NCBI GenBank assembly: GCA_964627085.1
Contig: CAZVIP010000002.1
Coordinates: forward strand, 4,416-68,415
Direction of reading: 5' to 3'
DNA from: an uncultured Candidatus Saccharibacteria bacterium
GTDB taxonomy: Bacteria > Patescibacteriota > Minisyncoccia > Phycocordibacterales > CAIZLB01
DNA: 64,000 nucleotides
In this document: in pieces, positions 10,319 to 18,614 of the stretch
Position numbering within the stretch: position 1 is the stretch's first letter
Layout: each line of letters starts with the position of its first letter
Notes under the pieces: generated by a model
The model's input: only the letters and a program-made list of their open reading frames with translations
Database searches by the model: none
What the model was told of the DNA's origin: nothing
Position numbers and translations under genes: made by a program

Positions 10319-10518
10319 TGTGCGTCGCTCGCACAAGTGTATTTTGCTCCAAGTTTTCGCAAAATACTGAGTGCGCCGACATCACGATTTTATAGTCGCA
10401 TCGCGGAGCTATGCTCCTTAAAATCTGTGAGCCTTCTCGAGATAGAACCAAATGGTTCATTGCTGGGTAAGGTTATTTTTAATGTTTTCATATATCACGA
10501 CGACCCTTCTCGTGCGTA
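10319..10518. repeat. hairpin-rich dispersed element, copy 2
   Basis: 81-bp identity with 8748-8828, nested stems, shared right end. Confidence 0.85.
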
Positions 10519-10535
10519 CCTTATCTAATACCTAA

Positions 10536-10958
10536 TCAAACTCCAACTACCCACCCATCAGGCTTACCAATATCACCACAGAGCTCAACAAGTGTTTGTT
10601 GAAATTCAATCACAGCTTCATATGTAGGTATCATAGTGTGACTAATAGTAACTGTCCAACTATTCCAAAAGTCTTTATTTTCTACTGATATAACCTCACC
10701 TTCTTTATACCCACCATTATGTTTAATATTTAGTGTATCAGCTAAATTTACCGCTTTTAATTTTTCAGCAATAACTTTTGCATTCTCATCATCTTTTACC
10801 AAGATGGAAAACTCAAACTCTATAGGATTGGCCATATCAACACCGTCGTCTGCAATTCTTCTCAAAGCATCTCCATCAGCATCATTTGGGTATTGAAATT
10901 TACCAACAAAAACCGGAGGTGTTACTGTTTTTTTCTTAAAAAAATTAAATATAGACAT
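10536..10958 (-). CDS. RraB-like domain protein
   Basis: DGDALRRIADDGVDMANPIEFEF and C-terminal DGW pattern of the RraB/DUF1260-like family. Confidence 0.65.
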   Translation of the reverse strand: MSIFNFFKKKTVTPPVFVGKFQYPNDADGDALRRIADDGVDMANPIEFEFSILVKDDENAKVIAEKLKAVNLADTLNIKHNGGYKEGEVISVENKDFWNSWTVTISHTMIPTYEAVIEFQQTLVELCGDIGKPDGWVVGV

Positions 10959-11026
10959 GTTGTATATACACTATATCATAACTTTTTGATTCCACCCTTA
11001 TCGAGTGCTCACACCACATCTTCTCT

Positions 11027-11101
11027 TGGTGACCCTACCGGGAGTCGAACCCGGCTTTAAGCATTGAGAACGCTTCGTCCTAACCGATAGACGATAGGGC
11101 C
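11027..11101 (-). tRNA. tRNA-Glu(CTC)
   Basis: GGCCCTATCGTCTATCGGTTAGGACGAAGCGTT-CTC-AATGCTTAAAGCCGGGTTCGACTCCCGGTAGGGTCACCA; cloverleaf with encoded CCA. Confidence 0.96.
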
Positions 11102-11252
11102 ATATACACAGCAAATCTACATGTGTATGCAAGTATTGTACTGATTTTATGGAAAAAATAAAGGCCGTGTACGACATGTACATGGCCAATATTACTAATC
11201 TATAGACCCTGGTGATAGACAGTGTGATCGGAGTGCTCGGGGTCCTTGCTCT

Positions 11253-11462
11253 TTAACCCAAATAATACTTCTTCACATCAAGTAAAATCTTTGACTCATC
11301 ACCTGTTCCCTGTTTTTGCATAATGTCTATGAGTTCGTTGATTTCGAGCCATCTAATTTCACTCACCGACTCAGGACATGTGAGGTCTCTCACTTCATCA
11401 ATAGATAATAAATCGCAGACGAGGTATGGGAAGGTTTTTTGAACCATTTCGCGTCTACGCAC
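11253..11462 (-). pseudogene. gene remnant, possibly a NUDIX C-terminus
   Basis: ESVSEIRWLEINELI resembles NUDIX C-termini; no intact N-terminus. Confidence 0.35.
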
Positions 11463-11659
11463 AAATGCATTAGCACATCTACACCCATCTATTTACAAAA
11501 CTGAATTATATGGCAATATATCAGCAGAAGTACTTTGCCAGCATTGTGAAAAACACTTTTCGCAAATAGTACAGACAACCAACAAAAACAATATAAATAG
11601 TCATTTCAGGTTTTCGTCCGCTGGCATGCGGATAACTTTGAGTGATAGGAGGACAAAAT

Positions 11660-12253
11660 ATGAGTGAAAAAGTTGATAGAAATGAGGCAAGGATTGCCGC
11701 TCAAAATGCAGCAGATGGCATCACAGATGACGGCTCGCAAGGAGATGTTGTTGATTTTGGCACTGATGCAGCTTTTGAGAAGGAATTAGCTTATGAGGAC
11801 GCACCAGACACTGAGGACGTTGCTGACTCTATGCCATTCACCGGCAAATGCATACAAAACATCTGTATTGCCTCAACTGCGCCACAGCAGACAGCTGATT
11901 GGATTATCGAAAACTTTGATGGTCGCACAGTGCGTGCCGCAAAAGGTTTTACCCCAATCATTGTGCAGCCCGCACTGGGGGCCATGTTTACACTTGAAAT
12001 TATCAAGGCAGGACCCTTTGGTAATGTTGAACCCCAACACAACTACTTCGGGCTCAATTTCACTAAAAAGGAAGAGTTCGACAATGCGTGCAAATGGCTT
12101 GTCAGTCGTCGCGATACCACAGAGGAACACTCAGTATCAGATGCTGCTGGCAATATCTTTACACTTTACAGAATCCCCGGTGAAGCAGGGGTTTGCGTAA
12201 GGTTTTGGGTAAAGCCATTTGCAGTGTTGCCGATCTTTGTGCCACCGGCTTAA
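11660..12253 (+). CDS. hypothetical protein, possible VOC/glyoxalase-like fold
   Basis: AGGAGG Shine-Dalgarno before ATG 11660; IQNICIAST...ADW and YFGLNF patterns. Confidence 0.65.
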   Translation: MSEKVDRNEARIAAQNAADGITDDGSQGDVVDFGTDAAFEKELAYEDAPDTEDVADSMPFTGKCIQNICIASTAPQQTADWIIENFDGRTVRAAKGFTPIIVQPALGAMFTLEIIKAGPFGNVEPQHNYFGLNFTKKEEFDNACKWLVSRRDTTEEHSVSDAAGNIFTLYRIPGEAGVCVRFWVKPFAVLPIFVPPA

Positions 12254-12396
12254 GGAATTTCCAAGGAGATATATATACAGAGACTTTGGCAGATCCAAAA
12301 TGCAGCATCACCATTTAAAAAACCACACCCCTCGCGGAGCAACTGCTTCTGCGAGGGGTTTACCATTTACTGCTTACAGTGATTTTGTTTCTAGGT

Positions 12397-14112
12397 CTAT
12401 CTATCCGGTGGTAATTCAAAATGATTTATCAAAAACTTTGTGAGTTCGATAAATGGCTTTGCCAAAGTCTCAGAGGCATAACTGACACCCTTTGGGTTGA
12501 TTGTATAAATAAATATGAGGAATCTTGGATTATATGCAGGGAGAAAGCCGACAAATGAATGCTGTACGCGACTTTCATCATATGTCCCCTGTGCAGTTAC
12601 TGTCTGTGCAGTTCCTGTTTTTGCACCTACTGCATATCTGTCATTTTTTGCTTTGCCATCTAGGAGTGAATTGTCGACATTGTAGACCATCATATCTGTG
12701 ACTGCTCGCGCCGTTTCGGGCTTGATAATTTGCGCGCCGAAATCAGGCTTCACTTCCTTACTACTACCAATTTTGTAATTTATCTTTTTGACGACACGTG
12801 GATTAACCAGTTTTCCATTGTTTGCAATTGCTGTGTATGCACGCACAAGCTCAACTGGAGACATGGCAATTCCTTGTCCAAAAGATGCTGTCGCATATTC
12901 AATATCTCTATCTGTGAGAAGATTTTTGACAAGACCCGACGCTTCATTCGGTAAATCGATATTTGTTTTTTCACCAATACCGTATTTAAGGAAATAATCT
13001 CGCATGGCATCATTACCTACTTGCTGTGCTACATAGATGAAACCTGTGTTAAGAGACTTTGAAAGTGCGTACTGAAGTGTAATCACACCACGACCCTTCT
13101 TATCAAAGTTATACATGGTTTTATTATTGAGGGTCACTGAACCGGCATCGTTATATTTTGTATTTGCATTCACCTTCCCGGTATCGATACCGACTGACAA
13201 TGTGAGAGGCTTCACCACAGACCCCATTTCGTATACATCTTCCACGAGACTATTTGAAAATACCGCAGGGTCTTTAACATCCTTTAAATTATTTGGATCA
13301 AATGTTGGATATAGTCCCATGGCAATAATTTCGCCAGTTTTTGGGTCCATAATTATGGCACCGGTCTTTTCTGAACTATATTGCTTATTGATTTGAGCAA
13401 GCATTTGCTCAAGATATTGCTCAGTGTCAGGCTCGATAGTTGTGATGATGTCCCCTTCAAATTTTTCATCACTCAAGACTGTCTTTTTAATATTAGAAAA
13501 AATCTCTGCAAAAAAGTTCACATATGCCCCCTCAGTGTTTCGTGCAAGTGTTCCATCAAATGATCGCTCAAGACCATATCTACCGCCAAACTGATTTTCT
13601 TTGTCATATCCCATGAGCCCAAGGACATGTGCCGCAAGGCTTCCTCCTGGATAAAAGCGCCATTTATCCTTAAAGACACTCACACCTGGGATTTTTGCAG
13701 CGGCGACTTTTTCTCCAATTTTTTCATCGATCTTGCGTCGCACTTCCTCATATGTGTCATTTTGTTTATTTGCACGCATAGAAAAATCTTCATAGCTCAA
13801 GTTTGGGATTTGCTCAGCGAGTTTTGAATAAACAAAATCAGTACCAGCTTTTTGAACCAGTTTTGGATTGATTGAAATTATAAAACCCGTCTTGACTGTT
13901 GCAGCTGAAACAAGACCTCCACTTTTTTCAGTAAAATAGATGGTCCCACGATTAAAAATATTTCCACTTGGACTTTGATATTGTCTGTCTGCTCTTTCTG
14001 CAAAATCTCCCCCATTTACAATCTGTACCATGTAGAGCTTAATCACAAGGACAAAAGCGACACATAAAATCATCACAGACAAAATCCTAATTCGACCTTT
14101 TGAGGCATTCAT
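12397..14112 (-). CDS. ftsI: class B penicillin-binding protein (FtsI/PBP3)
   Basis: GSVVK (SxxK), SLN (SxN), KTGT; N-terminal TM; position after rsmH and ftsL. Confidence 0.9.
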   Translation of the reverse strand: MNASKGRIRILSVMILCVAFVLVIKLYMVQIVNGGDFAERADRQYQSPSGNIFNRGTIYFTEKSGGLVSAATVKTGFIISINPKLVQKAGTDFVYSKLAEQIPNLSYEDFSMRANKQNDTYEEVRRKIDEKIGEKVAAAKIPGVSVFKDKWRFYPGGSLAAHVLGLMGYDKENQFGGRYGLERSFDGTLARNTEGAYVNFFAEIFSNIKKTVLSDEKFEGDIITTIEPDTEQYLEQMLAQINKQYSSEKTGAIIMDPKTGEIIAMGLYPTFDPNNLKDVKDPAVFSNSLVEDVYEMGSVVKPLTLSVGIDTGKVNANTKYNDAGSVTLNNKTMYNFDKKGRGVITLQYALSKSLNTGFIYVAQQVGNDAMRDYFLKYGIGEKTNIDLPNEASGLVKNLLTDRDIEYATASFGQGIAMSPVELVRAYTAIANNGKLVNPRVVKKINYKIGSSKEVKPDFGAQIIKPETARAVTDMMVYNVDNSLLDGKAKNDRYAVGAKTGTAQTVTAQGTYDESRVQHSFVGFLPAYNPRFLIFIYTINPKGVSYASETLAKPFIELTKFLINHFELPPDR

Positions 14113-14229
14113 ATCAGACTATTTTAGCATAATTTTAAAATATTTTTATCACCAAATTTAAATCAAATAAAGATAAATTCGTGCTTTGTGCTCTTTTTCA
14201 TTTTCTACTATATAATTGATAATTATATT

Positions 14230-14724
14230 ATGAAAACTTCACATCAATTCCTCACTGCTTTTATAGTGCTTATCATTATGTTTGTATTTGGGCTCTTTCA
14301 ATCAAAAAAAGATGCGAATATCGGACTTGATGATGTGGTCACAGTTGCAAAAAGTTCACAGCTCAAGGCGGTTCAAGACAAAATCTCTGAAATGAAAAAA
14401 AGTATTGTAGTCGACAATCTAGAACCCCTCAATGAAATCACACTCCCTCTTACCATCAACGGCAAGGCAGTCGGAGGTTGGTATTCAGGTGGTAATTTTG
14501 ATATTTTAATTTTGGATGAAAGCGGCCACCAGCTCGCGACCTCAACCGCCACCGCAGAATCTGAATGGCTCACAACCGACTTCGTCAATTTCAAGGCAGT
14601 GATCGAATTTGTTCCACATGACCCCACACTTTCTACAGTAGACAACAAAACACCCATGATTATTGTCTTCAAAGGAGCAAATCAGGAATCAATCGAGATA
14701 CCCCTATTCCTTATATCAAAATAA
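14230..14724 (+). CDS. Gmad2-like Ig-domain membrane-anchored protein
   Basis: N-terminal TM; LTINGKAVGGW...EWLTTDFVNF pattern. Confidence 0.7.
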   Translation: MKTSHQFLTAFIVLIIMFVFGLFQSKKDANIGLDDVVTVAKSSQLKAVQDKISEMKKSIVVDNLEPLNEITLPLTINGKAVGGWYSGGNFDILILDESGHQLATSTATAESEWLTTDFVNFKAVIEFVPHDPTLSTVDNKTPMIIVFKGANQESIEIPLFLISK

Positions 14725-14779
14725 TTCGGCTGTCGTAGTTGAGACAAACACCAAAACATCTCAAGATTTTTTCGCAAGA

Positions 14780-15103
14780 CTATCGAATAGCAACGTTTGG
14801 TGCAGGCTTCGCGAGAGTGACGAAGTGTGTCTTTTGAGATGCAGTTACGAATCCGAGATTACTGGCGAGCTCTAGAGTTACCGCTCCTTTTGCACTGATA
14901 TATTCAAATTCTTTTTCACTGAGTTCAGAACTGAGAGTTGCAATTTGTGTTTCAATTTTTTCTTTTGCCACAGCATTCATCACAGTCTTATATACAAGGC
15001 CCACATACAAAGAAGCAAAGATGGCACAAAGCACTGCGAGTGTATAAAAAATTGTTTTTGATTTGTCTTCTACTTTTCGTACTATGTGTGATGCGTGGTT
15101 CAT
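14780..15103 (-). CDS. ftsL: FtsL-like cell division protein
   Basis: TM, coiled-coil and ASNLGF; directly after rsmH. Confidence 0.65.
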   Translation of the reverse strand: MNHASHIVRKVEDKSKTIFYTLAVLCAIFASLYVGLVYKTVMNAVAKEKIETQIATLSSELSEKEFEYISAKGAVTLELASNLGFVTASQKTHFVTLAKPAPNVAIR

Positions 15104-15124
15104 GTTTTTGTGTGTAATAATGTG

Positions 15125-16102
15125 CTAATTTTTTGTGATGATTCGAAGTTTGGCGCTTCGTGATCGTGGGTTATCCCTTTGCTCGTCTTCGGTTGGGATC
15201 GTCGGTTTTTTTGTGATTTCTGTGATTTTGTCCTCTTTGCTCCACTGCTTAAAATATTGTTTGACGATTCGATCTTCGAGGCTGTGATATGAGATGACAA
15301 TCAATTTTCCTCCTGGCTTCAACAATGGATATGATTTTTCAATTGCGATTCGCAAATGTTCTAATTCATTGTTTACTGCGATTCGGAGTGCTTGGAATGT
15401 CTTTGTGGCAGGATGTGTCTTATGCTTTGGTCCATTTTTGGTAAAGCGCAATCCACCCTTACCCAACTTCCCTTCAATGACTTCTGCAAGTGCGCGACTT
15501 GTCATAATTGGTGCTTTGTCTCTTGCTTCGACAATCGCTTTTGCAATTTTTCGAGCCAGAGTATCTTCACCGTATGCATAGATGACATTTGCAATATCCT
15601 CTTCATCCCATCCATTGACTATGTCGCTGGCATTGAAGGCATAATCGGTGTTGGCACCGAATGTCATATGAAGAGGCTCGTCCTCTCGGAAAGTAAATCC
15701 TTTACCTGAACCAATTAGGTCATACGTACTGAGTCCGAGGTCAAATAATATGACATCGATGCTCTCGCTTCCGTAGCCTCTTTTCTCCAGTTCTATATCC
15801 ATAGCGCTAAAATTCGCATGAATTGGAACCAAGACACTGAGTTCAGATTCAGAAAGTGATTCTCGAAGATAATTTTTTGTTCTCTCTATCGCATCACTAT
15901 CAAGATCGAATCCGAATATGGTGATATCCTTGCCATATTTTTTGATGATGGCTTCGCTGTGGCCACCATCGCCAAGATTACAGTCCACCACGACTGCACC
16001 CTTTTGTAGGTCAAGAATATCTACTATTTCATGTAAAAGTACTGGTTTATGCCGTTCGCCGATGTGATGGATATTTTCAGTATTTCTGGTTGTATCTGTC
16101 AT
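15125..16102 (-). CDS. rsmH: 16S rRNA m4C1402 methyltransferase
   Basis: HKPVLL, LGDGGHS, FDLGLS, FQALRIAVN, HSLEDR, NPRSRSAKLR. Confidence 0.97.
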   Translation of the reverse strand: MTDTTRNTENIHHIGERHKPVLLHEIVDILDLQKGAVVVDCNLGDGGHSEAIIKKYGKDITIFGFDLDSDAIERTKNYLRESLSESELSVLVPIHANFSAMDIELEKRGYGSESIDVILFDLGLSTYDLIGSGKGFTFREDEPLHMTFGANTDYAFNASDIVNGWDEEDIANVIYAYGEDTLARKIAKAIVEARDKAPIMTSRALAEVIEGKLGKGGLRFTKNGPKHKTHPATKTFQALRIAVNNELEHLRIAIEKSYPLLKPGGKLIVISYHSLEDRIVKQYFKQWSKEDKITEITKKPTIPTEDEQRDNPRSRSAKLRIITKN

Positions 16103-16129
16103 AAATTTCTGTATTAGCCTGCAATTGGA

Positions 16130-16564
16130 TTAGATAACACCGATTTCACCGAGCTTCTCAGCAAGCTGATCAGCAGATTTGAGGATGCGAGTTTTGTACT
16201 CTTTCCACTTATCTTCATTCCACACTTCGACTCTGCTATGAACTCCTGCAAACACCACTTTGCCCTGAAGCCCTGCATATTCCCGCAAAAATTCTGGGAT
16301 AAGAATTCTACCATTTGAATCGATTTCAAGTTCCACCGCTCCGGCTAACATGATTCGATTGAAACCTCTAGAATCCGCTGCACCCATTGATAACCCACCA
16401 AGCTTGCCTGCAATGACCGCCCATTCCTTCATTGTGTAAAGAAAAAGACAATTATCGAGACCGTGTGTAATCACCACTTGTTTACCAAGCTCTTTTCGGA
16501 ATTTTGCTGGAAGCGAAATTCTTTTTTTCTCATCTTGTGTATGTGTATATTCTCCGATGAGCAT
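16130..16564 (-). CDS. mraZ: division/cell wall cluster regulator MraZ
   Basis: MLIGEYTH...DEKKRISLP, DSNGRILIP. Confidence 0.97.
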   Translation of the reverse strand: MLIGEYTHTQDEKKRISLPAKFRKELGKQVVITHGLDNCLFLYTMKEWAVIAGKLGGLSMGAADSRGFNRIMLAGAVELEIDSNGRILIPEFLREYAGLQGKVVFAGVHSRVEVWNEDKWKEYKTRILKSADQLAEKLGEIGVI

Positions 16565-16732
16565 AAGCTTGATAATATGGCTAATTTAAAGGGTAAATCT
16601 GAATCTTTGCTTTATTGTTTCGCACTATTTTTGCGCGATTTTGCACGATTCTGGCGAAATTTTTCACTATCTTCGTGCAAATTTCGGCGAGAGTATTGTG
16701 TTTTTTCTCAGTTTTTTGAAAAAAGAGAATTT

Positions 16733-16777
16733 ACCACTTCATCCCACCTATAAACATTTTATACCACTCTACTACCC
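16733..16777 (-). promoter_or_regulatory. MraZ-binding repeats overlapping the mra promoter
   Basis: GTGG-type repeats in 10-nt register (ccac at 16734, 16744, 16764) upstream of mraZ. Confidence 0.75.
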
Positions 16778-16882
16778 TTTGCAAACACATTTATGCACAC
16801 CTAAAAATAAAAAACCTTTTTCACGTTGCGAGTACGCAAAAGAAAAGGGCTTTTTTGTTTTTAGGTGTGAATATAGCAAATC

Positions 16883-16915
16883 CCCCCCGCACAGCTTGCG
16901 CTGTGCGGGGGGGGG
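16883..16915 (-). terminator. strong hairpin downstream of 17000..17665
   Basis: CCCCCCCGCACAGC-ttgc-GCTGTGCGGGGGGG. Confidence 0.65.
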
Positions 16916-16999
16916 TGAAGATTACTCAATCGAAACGTGAATTGCGATTGATCGTATGAAAGCTACCGGTAATGGCACTGCAGTATCCATCATGGTGCG

Positions 17000-17665
17000 T
17001 TATGCTGCACACTGAGAGACCCAGAGACTTGTTCCGGCCGGCCAAAAGTTCTCAGGACATTCCCCGTGAGTTGTGCGATGGTAAGTGATCGCCCACCCAG
17101 GTTGATTCGCGTCCGTGCAATCCTCGATCACAGAGATAATTCCACTTAACCGTATCGGGATCGAGTTTGCTTTTGCAGAACTCGATGCCTTAGGCGGTGG
17201 TTCTTGGACATAAAAAATGTTCGGCATCCCCACCTCGAGGACCGAACCTTGCACGGGGCGAGGCTGGATCTTTAGACATTGCCATACATGATAGAGAGTA
17301 ACAAAGCTTTCATTCCGCTGAGTAGCAGGAATGATACCGTTACCTCCGCAATCAATAGCGGGCTTTGTTGTGCGATAGCGGGCGCAGTGTAAATAATCTG
17401 CACCTGTCAATTTGTAAACATCACGAGGGCATACCCTGTGCAAATACTCGACAAATTCAGGGCTCATATATGTGATACAAACCCCGGACTGGCCGATACC
17501 AACTTTGAAGCAATCGCCAGGGTTAAAGATACCTGGCCCGACACCGATGCTTCCTGGGTCAATTTTGACACCCATGACACTGAGCAGCGGGACCTGTGCG
17601 ATTACCTCTTGCGATACTGTCGGAGGTGCTTCCATGCGGAAGTAATGACTTTTACTTTTGCTCAT
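17000..17665 (-). CDS. hypothetical protein
   Basis: 221-aa ORF with its own promoter and downstream hairpin. Confidence 0.7.
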   Translation of the reverse strand: MSKSKSHYFRMEAPPTVSQEVIAQVPLLSVMGVKIDPGSIGVGPGIFNPGDCFKVGIGQSGVCITYMSPEFVEYLHRVCPRDVYKLTGADYLHCARYRTTKPAIDCGGNGIIPATQRNESFVTLYHVWQCLKIQPRPVQGSVLEVGMPNIFYVQEPPPKASSSAKANSIPIRLSGIISVIEDCTDANQPGWAITYHRTTHGECPENFWPAGTSLWVSQCAA

Positions 17666-17782
17666 TTTGAGCCTTTCTTTCTATTTTTGTTGATGTGAAT
17701 ACAGCTGGTAGGTATTACCGGGCTGTTGTTGGAACTGAATTTTCACAGGAAAAGAATGACTTACCCATTGAATTCTGTTTAG

Positions 17783-17829
17783 ATTATGTAGATACAAGCG
17801 TGTATTGTCAATACCCCGTAATGGTTCAA
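17783..17829 (-). promoter_or_regulatory. sigma70-type promoter with shared upstream box
   Basis: TTGAACCATTACGG-ggt-A-TTGACA-17nt-CATAAT on the minus strand. Confidence 0.7.
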
Positions 17830-17910
17830 CACCTTGGAATCACCCCATTGATTTAAGATATGAACATTGGATATCCCCGACAATTAGACGTTCCCTTCTC
17901 TATTTCTGCA

Positions 17911-18582
17911 CTATTTCTGTGCTTTCACGAAAGCTGGAGCGATTTCGCCGGCCTCTGACACATGCTTTGAAACTGCAAGATTAGCAATGGTTGCATAGCT
18001 GATTGCGATAGCGCCACAAACTACATATGTGAAAAATAAATCACCGAAAAATGAATTTCTGAGGAATGGTAGTCCTGCAATATATGATGCGCCAAGTCCG
18101 TTTATATTTTTTGGATAAAGAGTTCCGAAAAACCACACAGCCCAATTAGTGAGGACAAAAAATGAGATTGTACTTAGTGTTGATGCGATAGTTGTTTTTG
18201 CAAAGAAAGCCATTAAGGTGTTTTTTGTATTTTTTCCTGAGATATTTCTTTTGCTTACTGGTTCGTTTGACAATGCATCTGCTGGCTGACCAGACACTCT
18301 ATTGGCGATATGACTTGATATATATACAGCAAGAACCATCCCGACATATACACTTGTCATAATAAATGGATTATAAAATCCGATAAAAATGTCACTAAGG
18401 AGCATGGCGATCAAAGGCACAATAATTGCTAATTTACCACGTAGATACATTCCTGAGGCAATCGCAACAGCGCCCGCTGCTGTGACATTCCATACATGTG
18501 GCATGAGCCTTGTCACAAATGCAACAATAATTAATGCGAGTGATGTGATTATTTCTTTTCTGTATTTCATCATGTAGTTCAT
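17911..18582 (-). CDS. DUF6580 family ECF S-component-like transporter, putative cobalamin
   Basis: RLMPHVWNVTAAGA, LLSDIFIGFY, FFVLTNWAVW, YIAGLPFLRNSFFGDLF; last gene of the riboswitch operon. Confidence 0.8.
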   Translation of the reverse strand: MNYMMKYRKEIITSLALIIVAFVTRLMPHVWNVTAAGAVAIASGMYLRGKLAIIVPLIAMLLSDIFIGFYNPFIMTSVYVGMVLAVYISSHIANRVSGQPADALSNEPVSKRNISGKNTKNTLMAFFAKTTIASTLSTISFFVLTNWAVWFFGTLYPKNINGLGASYIAGLPFLRNSFFGDLFFTYVVCGAIAISYATIANLAVSKHVSEAGEIAPAFVKAQK

Positions 18583-18614
18583 AGTGTTTTTCTGTAATAT
18601 TCTCTTTATACCAT

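Noticed and set aside
8748-10518. CRISPR array
   Set aside because: Only two long copies 1.5 kb apart, no regular repeat-spacer period, no cas genes
1-11026. Duplicated tRNA-Glu 3' end marking a classical island
   Set aside because: No copy of tggtgaccctaccggga was found by eye, and no integrase is present
10998-11189. 63-aa ORF
   Set aside because: Overlaps tRNA-Glu
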